DNA from: Marsupella aquatica
Lineage: Eukaryota; Plantae; Marchantiophyta
NCBI GenBank assembly: GCA_973895155.1
Contig: OZ316892.1
Location: 11,112,420 to 11,176,419 of the forward strand
Direction of reading: 5' to 3'
DNA length: 64,000 nucleotides
Part shown: piece after piece, positions 1 through 10,819 of the stretch
How the letters are laid out: each line of letters starts with the position of its first letter
Position numbering within the stretch: the stretch's first letter is position 1
Translations under genes and position numbers: made by a program
Notes under the pieces: generated by a model
Seen by the model: only the letters and a program-made list of their open reading frames with translations
What the model was told of the DNA's origin: nothing
Database searches by the model: none

Positions 1-46
1 TGCATTATGTTCTTTGATTGAGAACAGGAATCAAACAATCTTTCAG

Positions 47-3000
47 ACTACAAAGGCAAATTACTTTTGTGGCTTCCCGCACAAGCAACCCGTGGTTCAC
101 ATCAGCGTTAGGCCGTTGGGTTGTAAGTTTCCAATTGAACATCATACAAGCTGGCTATTGGTTCTCTGATCAGTATGAACCACTAAATTGAATCTGAGAA
201 TTTAGAAAAGTACAGAAAATTTGGAAATTTTGGAATTTCAAATCTGGAAGGTTTTACAAGTCATGAGTCTTTTATACTACACCTCGTTATACACATTATT
301 ATGACTAAAACTTTATGGGTCGCCATTCAATGTGACACAGGCAAGTTTCTTTCGTCAATTTGGAAATGCAGTCACAAAATCTGACTATTTATCCCTTCGC
401 ATGGGGTTTATCAAGGTACGGTTGTAAATCGTTTGACGTTTTCAACTTGTACTGTGAATATGGCTAAAGGACCATTTTGACACGACCATGATTTGGATCT
501 CTAGAGGGAAATTTCTCGTTTGAATTAAGCACAGAGTACTGTAGGAGAATGTTGAGAATCAAGGTGTCATGAGCAACGGGACGAGTAAAATAATGGAGCT
601 GGATTGGAGAATAATCTGTACTAAGCTTGGGTGTATGCCGATGGTAGACCCACAATGCCTCCAAGAAATTCAATTTCCATGTATATATGATGCGGACTTT
701 GGAGGATGATTTCAAGCAAATTGTTGGCATAAGGTAAATCTTTCCATCCAGGCAAAAATACCAAAGTGAAAGCCATCCAACAAAATTATGTTCCTTAATG
801 AAAGGCAACCCAAAATATGGGGAACACACATGAAGTTTTATTTATTGATATAGAAATTTATCAGTTTGAATGTAGTTTATTTTCATTTATAACTTTAGTC
901 ATAATTCTCTGCAGTCACTAAAAGTTATAGCATTGAGAAAGAAGAGTATTGGATATCATTCGAATGTGCCTTAGATAAAAGGCTTTTGTGGAGGAGCTTT
1001 GAAATTTTGATTGGCTGTTTCTTTGCATGGTTAGTGGGTACCTGTGGATATTTGTAGTCGTCTTCATGGTTCTCAATGTTCACGGTGAGTACTTTTCTTA
1101 GACCCATGTCATTCCTATTTCCACTCTATATAAACCATATTATATAGCCACCATGGCATGGCGTTCGTCTATTCAATGTGTAGACTGAGATTCATTGTCT
1201 TTCTTAGAACACAGTTTTCAACATTGCCACTTTTTTCTTACCTATCAAAGTTCCTTGTGATTAACATTTTTGCAGGTTGGTATGCATATTTTTGGATATC
1301 TTTCATTCCAATTATGGTGAGCCATCCTCGTAAGAGATAAACTACAGTGGCACAAAAAAAGCACTAGACAATTAAAGCATTTCATTGGAGAATTTCAGAG
1401 TGATATTTCAAATTTTAAGAATAAGGAATCATATATCTCACAAGTTACTGATCTCTAACATGCAGATCAACATGATCATAGGGACCAAGCTACAACACAT
1501 CATAACACACTTAGCAGTGGAGACTGCTCAATCCCATATTAGTAAGAGAGTGCCAATCAAGCCTCGGGATGAACTTTTTTGGTTTAATAAGCCACAATTG
1601 CTTCTCTACATGATCCACTTTGTTTTATTTCAGGTAAGTAAACCAAATTTCTATACCTCCGTCATGAGCAGTTTTATGAAGCCTTGATGCTGCTAAATTG
1701 ATACGCATAAACGCATAAGCTAAGTGCAGTCTTCCATTGATAAAAGCAGAGTTAGAGGTAGAGTAAGCTAATAGGCTAGTGTGTGTCAAGTGTAATTACT
1801 AAGTTTGTATGTTAAATTGTCAGTAGTAGCATTGACTATCAATCTAGCTTGTGACGCGTTTTGTCACACACTTTAAGTCTCTTGTTGGAAAATTAATGGA
1901 AAATTACTTATGGCCAAACTTTGGTTGTTTTTACAGAATGCATTTGAGTTATCGTTTTGCCTATGGTTACTGGTGAGTTTATAAGTGTACTCTCGGTCCC
2001 GTGCACATACACCAAGTCACACACTCACACTGAAGACATACATGCTTAAGTTACACCAACTTGCTAGATCTTGCTCAAATATAGTGTGTGCCATGCATAC
2101 TACTCTTTCATGCTGTTTCCCTTTTGCAGCTTACTTTTGGTACACACTCCTGTTTGATCGACAAACATGGATTCATATTTATTCGGGTGGTTGCGGGGTA
2201 TGTTACATAGTCATCATCCATCATGCTTTATCTATCTATCTAGTGTGGACAATCCTTTAAGTAAGTTGATGCTCTTTCTTAGAGAAAAATAGGGTGAGCT
2301 TCAGCACTGTTTGCTAGGTTTTGTGTCTTCCATTAGCCAGTTTTCCCACTAAGTCATAGACCCATACCGGTTATCTTTAAGACTAGGAAGATCTAACCGT
2401 CCTAATTGTCTAGGAACATCAGATAAGGAATATTCTTAGCATGATTGTTCTCGTTCACACCAAGTAACATTACTCTCCCTCCTGTAAATCACCTTCTGGG
2501 TATTTTGCATTTTAATTAGTAGTATTATTACTTGGTGGATATCATCTCCAGACTGCCTTTACTTACAGTCACTCTTCATGGCAACAGTCCAAATCTACAC
2601 CTGACCTGTAATCTTTTACTACTTGCATTTGCAGGTTTCTTGCCCAAGTTCTGTGTAGCTACAGCACCCTACCCCTATATGCCCTTGTTACTCAGGTGGG
2701 ATATTTAGTTTTTAGTTTTACTATTCTGTTGTCCAAACTGGTTGAAATTACTAACCTACCCCCGAAATTAATTTAATTATCAGGTTGCCCCCATTTCTTA
2801 CATGGTTTGAGTTACCTCAACCATACTAACTCAAGATGGCATAAAATTGGTTCATGGACACAGTGTGGCTTGCCGTTGGCCTGTGTTAACCTGGCCAACT
2901 GTACCTCCAGGTTTCCCCATCTGACACTCACCAGAATGCTTTGTTGACTACTGTTGAGGACAACTAGCTATTGCATTTGCTCTGGCTTTAGTCCTCCACT

Positions 3001-3787
3001 TTTACAGTCAGAGGACTATGAGCCTCCACTAGGTGCCATCTGGGGTTAGTTTGGTTTGGTTTAGCCAACCCACATACAAACTAGCCAACCCATATACAAT
3101 CTTGGGGGCAACCTAACAATGAAATTAATTTTAGGGGACATGAAAATTAATTATTTTGCGTGTCTACTCAAGCAAAGGGAACCCCTTACCTGTAGGTTAG
3201 TACCAAATCCATCAAGGGCCTCACTGAAGTTTTCCTTTTTGCAGATGGGGTCCCAGTATAAGAAAGCCATATTTGATGAGCCTGTAAAAAATGCTATCCA
3301 TGGCTGGCATTCAAAGGCCAAACAGAGCAGCAAGATGCGCCAAAAGAAAAAATACAAGGAACTGATGGATAACAGCATCACAAGTTTACAGCCTAGAGAA
3401 TCCAACTTTGAGCTGGCAAATTTATTTGAGACTGAAAGCTCAGTGCAATCATCAAATGCGGAGGCAGAGGCCCCAACACCTGGTAATGACAATTGTGATC
3501 TTGAGGCTGGACAGGCTTCAAGAAAAACAAGTGTTTCATTAGGCCCACTGGAGATCGGAGAACATAAAAATTTCCCAGCTTTTGGCCTCAAAACAAACAC
3601 TGATGTTGGTACAGTATCATTTTCAGAAGAATCCACAAGAGGCAAGATGAAATTTCATGTCCTTGATCGATCAAGATCAAATGTGGAATTTTTTACACCA
3701 TTTCAATCGAATGTCTGGTATGATAATCTAATAGCCACTTTCAAGATCAAGAAACATCTCTCCTCTTCTGCCCAAGATAGGGAATAA
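47..3787 (+). CDS. MLO: MLO-family seven-transmembrane protein, 3' part (5' exons lie outside the window)
   Basis: GT-AG exons 47-122, 341-415, 648-733, 1035-1084, 1276-1316, 1466-1633, 1937-1972, 2130-2197, 2635-2695 and 3245-3787 join in frame. They give MLO motifs: FFRQF..VTKSDYLSLRMGFI, KFNFHVYMMRTLEDDFKQIVGIS, GTKLQHIITHLA, PRDELFWFNKP, FQNAFEL, LCSYSTLPLYALVTQMGSQYKKAIF, then the calmodulin-binding segment ending GWHSKAK. Confidence 0.96.
2758..3139. mobile_element. MITE/foldback element in the last MLO intron
   Basis: Imperfect terminal inverted repeats of about 50-85 bp: left CCCCCGAAATTAATTTAATTATCAGGTTGCCCCCA versus right reverse complement CCCCTAAAATTAATTTCATTGTTAGGTTGCCCCCA. No coding capacity; no clear TSD. 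Confidence 0.7.
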
Positions 3788-4572
3788 GCCTATTCCACTA
3801 GAAAACATTTTACCTGGTCGTTACTCCATTGAGGATTGGATGCCATTTGTAATGCATGACAATAAGCTAGCTCTTATGAAACTTCAATTTCTTTATTAAA
3901 CTTTATGGCCTTCGTTCAATCCTGGTTTCTGTGATTTGTGGTTTCCTTGCAGCCATCTACCTTGCATGAAAACTCAATCATCAGATGTGTTCAACCAGAG
4001 AAAGTGGATGTGCATGTATTGATTTTGACTTTGACTTTGACTCACTATGAATGGACCATTTTCTCCAAGTTATAAGCTCAGATGAAGGCTCCACCCTCCA
4101 CTTTTTTGATAAGGTAGGATTGGCAAGCTTGCATGGGCCCTATGAGAATGTGCATTTTAAGTAGGATGGCAAAAATTTCCGACATTGCTATATGGTGAAG
4201 CACAGTTACGTTTTTTTTCCATATTTTTTTTTTGGTATAAATTAGAGTTTTAATGTACTCTTACAATAAGACACTTATCAGAATAGTTACCCTATGGATG
4301 ATTTTCAAACCCCTTTTGCCAAAACAATAATCCTTGCTTTTGATTTAATTTTTTTACCCCTTTTAGGAAAATGTAAGGTTAGATATAACCCCAATCCCCA
4401 ACAATGTCGTGAATTTTTTCTGAGACAATTTCACACAGACCAGATCAGTGCAATGGTGGGAAATTTTTCCGAGACATAAGTATTGCAATTGCTTTTTCCG
4501 CAAAGCCTTCCAGCTGCAGTTGGCTCTTTTCTTAAGTTTGTTTTCAGTCTTTAAGACGCCCAAGCACTTAAC

Positions 4573-4635
4573 ACTCTGCCAGGGAATTGAACCCTGAATT
4601 GTCCAGTGAACACTGGACAGCCTTCCAAGCAGAGT
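4573..4635 (-). ncRNA. tRNA-like structure lacking a D-arm (tRNA-derived relic, SINE head or processing signal)
   Basis: Minus strand reads ACTCTGC-TTGGAAGGC-TGTCCAGTG-TT-CACTGGACA-ATT-CAGGG-TTCAATT-CCCTG-GCAGAGT. This gives a perfect 7-bp acceptor stem, a 9-bp hairpin and a canonical 5-bp/7-nt T-arm containing the B-box GGTTCAATTCC. Confidence 0.5.
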
Positions 4636-4980
4636 AACCCATCTAAACCCACCAGTCTCTCTCTACAAATTTATAAATCATTGGCCACAACACTTACGGA
4701 GGCTGAGCTCTATGCACCCTCTTGAAGACAAGGACAATACACAGCCAGGAGTAAAAAACTAGCACAACACACTGAGGTCCATGTGTAGAGCTAAGAGTTT
4801 AAAAATAAGCACAATACACTGAGACTGAGAGCACGATAGTTGTCCCTGAGAAGATCGAACAAGTTCAATTTCTTCAAAGTGTAGTCTCGATGCAGACCAC
4901 TAAAGCATCCGGACTCCGCTGCAACGATGAGCCGCACTCTCATTGATCTGATCATCCTGGAACATAAAAAGTTTCCTTCT

Positions 4981-5270
4981 TCTGGACATCGAGCTGCAAC
5001 ATCAAGACAGGCAGCATTCTGGACATCACCATCGCTCCATTCTCAGAAGTGCAGCATCGAGAGGGAGAGAGCATCGATCAGCCAGGGAGAGAGCATCGAT
5101 CAGCCAAGGAGACATGTATTGAGATCGAGTCCGCAACAGTGAGGCGCAGCAGCAACCGACATCGAGCTGCAGCATCAAGAGAATCGAGAGGGAGAGCATC
5201 AATTAGCCAGGGAGACATCGAGATTGAGTCCGCAGCAGTGAGGCGCAGCAGCAACCAACATTGAGCATCG
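4981..5270. repeat. Degenerate tandem repeat (about 100-bp units built of GCATCGA/CAGCCAGGGAGA submotifs)
   Basis: GAGAT(C/T)GAGTCCGCA(A/G)CAGTGAGGCGCAGCAGCAACC occurs at about 5121 and 5220; AGAGCATC(G/A)AT(C/T)AGCCA occurs three times. Confidence 0.75.
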
Positions 5271-6931
5271 GGCCTGGACCCAGCAACGACCAACGATAGC
5301 AGCAACTCAAGCATCCCAAACCCAGCTCGCAATACAGCATCAACGATACAGCAGAGACGGCAGCTCAATCCCAAGCCCAACTCACGATACAGCAACCACG
5401 ATACAGCAGCGACGGCAGCAGCAATCGAGAGCATTGAGAGGCAGCAGTGACATCGAAAGCAAGCTAGCCTGAGGCCGAAAGAGAGTAGAGGAGCAGCACC
5501 CCAAGCACAAGCAGAGAGCCACGAGGAGACCACACAAAACACAGATGCGCCACGAGAGAGAGCTCCGACAAAAGGAGAGTATGAGCCTGAGATTAGCACT
5601 TCGGCCAGGAACGAGCCTGATCAGCATTTTGGCCAAGACTCTTTAGCCCTAAACTCCACACCCGACTCCACAGCCTGATTAGTCGTCGTCGTTTCAGCAC
5701 TTGCCGCCCTAAACTCTCTGCATTCATCTCACAGCCCTAATCTTTTATATTTCCTTTAAACTCGTATACGCCCTAAACGTGTACACTCGTATACAATGTT
5801 TCCGCTACAAGACAAAACACAAACGAGTTCCAGGATGAGCCCGCTATATAGGATGGCATGGATTCAAAGTGGAAAAACTTAGTTGTTCATATAGAGAGCA
5901 TTTTGATAGACGGTACCGTATTGGGTACCGCATCTCAGTGCAAAGGTTTGAATGAAATCCAATCTGAGATTATGGCATGATTGAATAAAATTAGTTCAAT
6001 GGGACCCGAAGTCTCTTCATTCAATTCCATCCATCTGCAGTTATTTACGCACTGTATCTTCTAAATCAGCCAGTATGGCAAATTTTATGTCAAGGAGGAG
6101 ATGCTGAGTATATTCCTTACAGGCTAGAGATGTACTAGATTTATTTATTTTTACTCCCGTTTATACTAGATAATCTTAAGGAGATGTTTCAGATTGTCGA
6201 CCATGGACCCGATGGCATGATGGGAAATTGTCTACCAAATGAGGCCAAGCATATGTGGTGAAAGATTACTGAATTTGGTTAATGTTTGCCACTAAAAAAT
6301 ACTGGCTAAGACTCCTTTCCCAGCATAGGGAAAAAAGGGTTGAGTTGGATCCAAAGTCTAGTTATTCTATTCCAATCATCCAATTTAAGTATGAATCATT
6401 ATATATGGCAAATTCTAAGCATATTCTTTTCACAATTCCTTAAATAAATTTGTTTGAACTATTTTTGACACTAAGATCTCGCTAGATTTTAAGGAGAGCC
6501 ATCAGATTGTGGACCATGGACCCTATGGCAAGGTGGCAACCTAACTATCAGGGATTTATTAGACTGCCACTCCTTTTTGGCATAAATAATATATATGGAC
6601 CTTGCCGCTAATGGGGCCACAATTTATTGTTTCTATTTATCATAATGTCATTGTCTTCATGGGTTAGGGGTCCTCACTTCTTTTGTTTTTACTGATCACT
6701 CGCAAATAAGTATGTGGTTTTTTATTGGGTTTAGTAAAATTCTTTTAAATTTTTGTGAAAGAACATTAGGGGCATTTTAATCAAATTTTTAGAATTCTAA
6801 TAATCATAGGGTCATTTAAATCAAATATGAATATATTCCAAGAATATTCTAAAAAGTTAGGGGTAAAAAAACCTTTGCAAAAATTATTTTTAGAGCAACC
6901 CCTAAGGTTGCCCGAATCTATTCCGCGTATT

Positions 6932-7140
6932 TATTCCTCCAAAAACTTTGTGTGTGATATAGGATCCCCCATAGAGTGAGGCCCTCGAGTAGCTCCCTCA
7001 CATCCACATTTGGCACTCCTTCACGTCCATGGCTCTATTCCTCCAAAAACTTTGTGTGTGATATAGGATCCCCCATAGAGTGAGGCCCTCGAGTAGCTCC
7101 CTCACATCCACATTTGGCACTCCTTCACGTCCATGGCTCT
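6932..7140. repeat. Perfect 104-bp tandem duplication
   Basis: TATTCCTCCAAAAACTTTG...CACGTCCATGGCTC starts at 6932 and again at 7036. Confidence 0.95.
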
Positions 7141-7918
7141 CATTGCACCCACTTTTCCACAATTCGATGGCTCTGGTACATCTCCCTCAAGGTGACTTTG
7201 ACAACCCTGAGCAGGACAGATACAAAGGCTGTGCGGAAGGAAGGTTGGCCTTGGACAAAGGCTGGGCGCAGGATGGGAGGATGGGACCACCCCACCCACC
7301 CCTTGGTCAACTGATCTAAGGGTGGTCAAAGTCATCTTGAGGTAGACCTGGGTAGTCTGATAAAGAATCTAGGTAAGAGATAGCCATTGGATGTGAAAGA
7401 GCTAACCTTGAGTTAATCATCTTAACACATAAATAGAAAAAAATCACTGGCAATGTATATATTGTCAAGAAAGAGGACAATCCAGCGAAAGCCAAATTCA
7501 CAATTGAGACCCAAGATGCGATGAATTTTAGCCAAGAATGACGAAAGATTACGGAGATTTGCTAATTTTAGCCACTTAAAAAAATTCCCCTTTCCCAATA
7601 TGAGGGGAAAATGGTCGAGTGGGGCCCAAAGTATCGCGAGTCAATTCCATCCATCTAATTTACGCAACGCTGTATCGTTCTATCCATCCATCTAATCTAC
7701 AGTCCCCTCTCGTCACTCGACTACCACTGCCCGCTCGCCATTAATCCGTGCTCCAGGAATCGCAGCATCAGCACAGAAAATAGAGCAGGGCTGAACAAAG
7801 AGAAGCAGCAGAGAAAATAGAGCAGAGCTGAGAAAACAGAGCACAGCAAAGCAAAGCAAAGCAAAGCAGGAGTTGCGAATCTGTTCTCATTTCGTTGAAG
7901 CTGTTCCTGTTGTTGGCG

Positions 7919-10819
7919 ATGGCCGCGGTTTCAGCTACAATCGTCGGTGCTACTCTCGGATCCGTTGCTACGCGGCGCACGGCTGCAACCCAGTTGTGGA
8001 TCTCGATCGGAGGCCATAGCCAGTGCCCTTTGACAGATTCGAGGACTGTCCGGTGCCGTTCCACCATTTTTGCCAGTTCAGGTGGACTTCCGGTGTTTGT
8101 ATGTAGTGTAGTGGAAATGGGCATTCAAGACAAGAAAAGCTTTTCTGTGGTCTGCATGACAGTAATGCTTGCTATAGAATGTGTGGCGTTGTCATCTGTT
8201 TGGAGTCTTGGGTTTTTTCCAACGTAAATGATATCTTTCTCGCTGCCTGCAATCTGTATCATACAAATTGGATTTCCTAGTAATTTTTGTAAGCCTGGGA
8301 ACACTGTCCTCGATTTAGAAACACTGACACGCCTTGGCAGCTTCGGAGGAAGAACTCGGGTCCTGTGTGTTTCTTTCGAAATTATGGTGGAGGTGTCCAC
8401 GTAGGATCAGGACTGCTTCACTTGAGCGTTGAGAATCTAAAAGCCAATTAGTACCTAGAATACTAGCTTCTTCCCATGGTTTCCGTCCCAAGAAGTGAGT
8501 GCAACTTATCTGGTGTGGGTTGCTTTAGACATAGTATGGCGTGTGGGTCGCTAGAATTCCTGTTGGTCGGAGTTCATGGGCTCTACTTCTGGAGTATGTC
8601 ATAGCAAATATGTAGGAGCCGAGGGGTCCTTTTACTTTCCATTGTCGTTTAATTCGTCAGCATTGATTGACTGTCTGAGAAGTTGCATACTTTGCTTTCT
8701 TTGGTTGTACAATTTATCACATGTGTTATGTAGACCTAAGCTTGTAACCCCTTTTGGGCCTCACATCGATACATTATGCCTTATCACATATGCTATATCA
8801 GTCCCCGGCACAATAAGCATGGCGCCCTCTGTTTCCCTGGGTCACGCGGTATTTGTCCTTGTGGACAGACAGACGGAAGGAAGGAAGGATTTATTGTTCC
8901 TCTAGAGCCCTCACAAGCTCGGCAATTAATGTCATCGAAAGCACTGCGGACGCCAAGGTAACTATGGCCACATTTAAAACGTGTGTGTTGTGAAAATGAT
9001 TGTGAAGATGGTTGACAAGATTTCGGGCAAGATTTGCACTTAAATTTTTAAGAATTTGGACCTCTTTATATTGCCCCGCAACACGATGCTGCCCAGACAT
9101 TCGACTCTTGGTCAATTGCCAATTTGTAGATGATTGTGATGTTGCTGGGGACAGTGTTGGTACAGGAAGTAGAGTTTACTTGGAAGGGACAAGGTTCGGA
9201 GGTCCTGATCACAGGGGACTTTCTAAATTGGGAGACAAAGCTTCCTTTGGAAAAGAGAAGTACCGGTGATTTCTCCCTCAAGCAGGTCAGCTCTCGATAC
9301 TTCGCTGTCTTGTGTCCAACATTATCAGATTTGTGATGGATCTGAACTTGATTGCGTGCAGCTTATTCTCAGTAAAGAGCCTTCACATTGACTGATTTTA
9401 TCATTGTCTTCATTGTTGTTTTACGGTTGTGATTATTCACAGTTTCTGGTTTTTTTCCTCACCAACAGCGACCCGCTTCTCTTCTTTGCAGTGAACGATT
9501 ATTACAACAACTGATAAGCCACTGTGATAGGTGATTTTGCATAGTTATGTCACCTTGACCGAGTTTTAGAATGTTGGACAGAAATACTTTCGTTCTTCAG
9601 GCAGTAAATTGATATGAATTCCCAATGTTTGCAGAAGCTTGCATTAGGAAGATATTCGTACAAGTTTGTCGTGGATGGTGAATGGAAGCATTCTCCAGAC
9701 TGCCCGACGGTGCCAGATGGAACTGGAGGCTTCAACAATGAAGTCATTGTAGCAGGTCATGGTCGTAGCTCCTTAATGTTTTATCCTTGTCCGGCACATC
9801 ATAAAGAAAGAAGGAAATGGGTGATTTATTTGGGATGACGCAGTAAACTTCAACTGCAGGAAAAGCTAGCTTATTGACCAGGTTGTATCATCTGTACCAG
9901 CAGACCCAACTACAATGAACGGTGTGACGGACTTCGAAAACGCAACCAAGGCTCAGGTTCCACCGCCTACCAACAGCGTGAAGGACTTAGAAAACGCAAC
10001 CAAGGCTCAAGTTCCTCAGCCTACCAACAGCGTGAAGGACTTCGAAAATGCAACCAAGTCTCAGGAGATTCCTCAGCCTACCAACAGCGTTAAGGCAGTA
10101 GCTACGGCAAAGCCCGCCAAGGAAAGTAAAAGTGATGTGGCAGTAGGGAATCCGAAGGCATCTACCGAGCCACGCCCCAAAGCTGCTCCAAAGAAGGTGG
10201 TGCCGCAGTCTCTGAAAGAAATTATGTCAGATAACGTTATCCCTCTGTTAAGGAGTGCCTTGTCGAAAGAAGCGGGCATATCAGATCTTGATGTCACTTT
10301 CGAAGATAATCAGGTGTGGCAATGGTTTCGTCTGTTCTCATGTAAATAGCGTACTGTTTCTGAAGTTAGATTCAAAAGTACCACTTGAATTTCGTGTCAA
10401 ATAGTTGACCCAGAATGGGCTTAGGATTTTCTTTTTTGTTTACCATGCTTTTCCCAGATTTTAATTCTAACAGTCCTTGTTTACAGTTAAAGACTAGTTT
10501 TACGAAAGGAGATATTCCTTACTGCCATTGGGTCTTCTTCCCAGATGGCATCCTTGAAGGTGTGTTCCGGCGGGGTCTATTTTTATTCGTTTCCATGAGA
10601 CCTGATGCTTTTTGGCGTACTGAATTGCGATCTGGTATAGTGTTTTAATTCCACACTCCCTGTTTCGCAGGCTCTCGGGGATCCTCTATTACATCTCATG
10701 GGGCGCCTCCCAGCACAATCGAACCATTCCTTGTTGATGAGAAGAAGATAAGTCCAGAATTACTTGTGTTCTGGATAAAGAAGAGACTGTTTGCACAAAA
10801 GATACTGTCCATGAATTGA
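7919..10819 (+). CDS. NdhV: Plastid-targeted CBM48 (AMPK-beta-type glucan-binding)-NdhV/DUF2996 fusion protein, about 349 aa
   Basis: Exons 7919-8081, 9155-9285, 9635-9755, 9901-10313, 10487-10559 and 10671-10819 total 1050 nt, all GT-AG and phase-consistent. N-terminal S/T/A/R-rich transit peptide (MAAVSATIVG...VRCRS). CBM48: EVEFTWKGQGSEVLITGDFLNW...GRYSYKFVVDGEWKH...GGFNNEVIV. NdhV-like C-terminus: LKEIMSDNVIPLLRSAL...DLDVTFEDNQL...PYCHWVFFPDG...STIEPFLVDEKKI..ELLVFWIKKRL. The exon 1-2 junction is inferred from phase only. Confidence 0.88.
9924..10091 (+). repeat. Coding tandem repeat, 3 x 54-57 bp (18-19 aa)
   Basis: VTDFENATKAQVPPPTNS / VKDLENATKAQVPQPTNS / VKDFENATKSQEIPQPTNS in exon 4 of the CBM48-NdhV gene. 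Confidence 0.95.

Noticed and set aside
4573-4635. Functional decoding tRNA gene
   Set aside because: There is no D-arm or clear A-box, the hairpin cannot present a 7-nt anticodon loop, and no downstream poly-T terminator is present. Kept only as tRNA-like.
4927-5636. Overlapping ORFs of 71-173 aa
   Set aside because: They are low-complexity products of a repeat-rich region with no recognisable domain or splice structure.
8906-8957. Possible extra exon (EPSQARQLMSSKALRTPR) in intron 1 of the CBM48-NdhV gene
   Set aside because: It has AG/GT borders but ends in phase 2, which fits none of the acceptors of the CBM48 exon. Direct splicing 8081-9155 is in frame.
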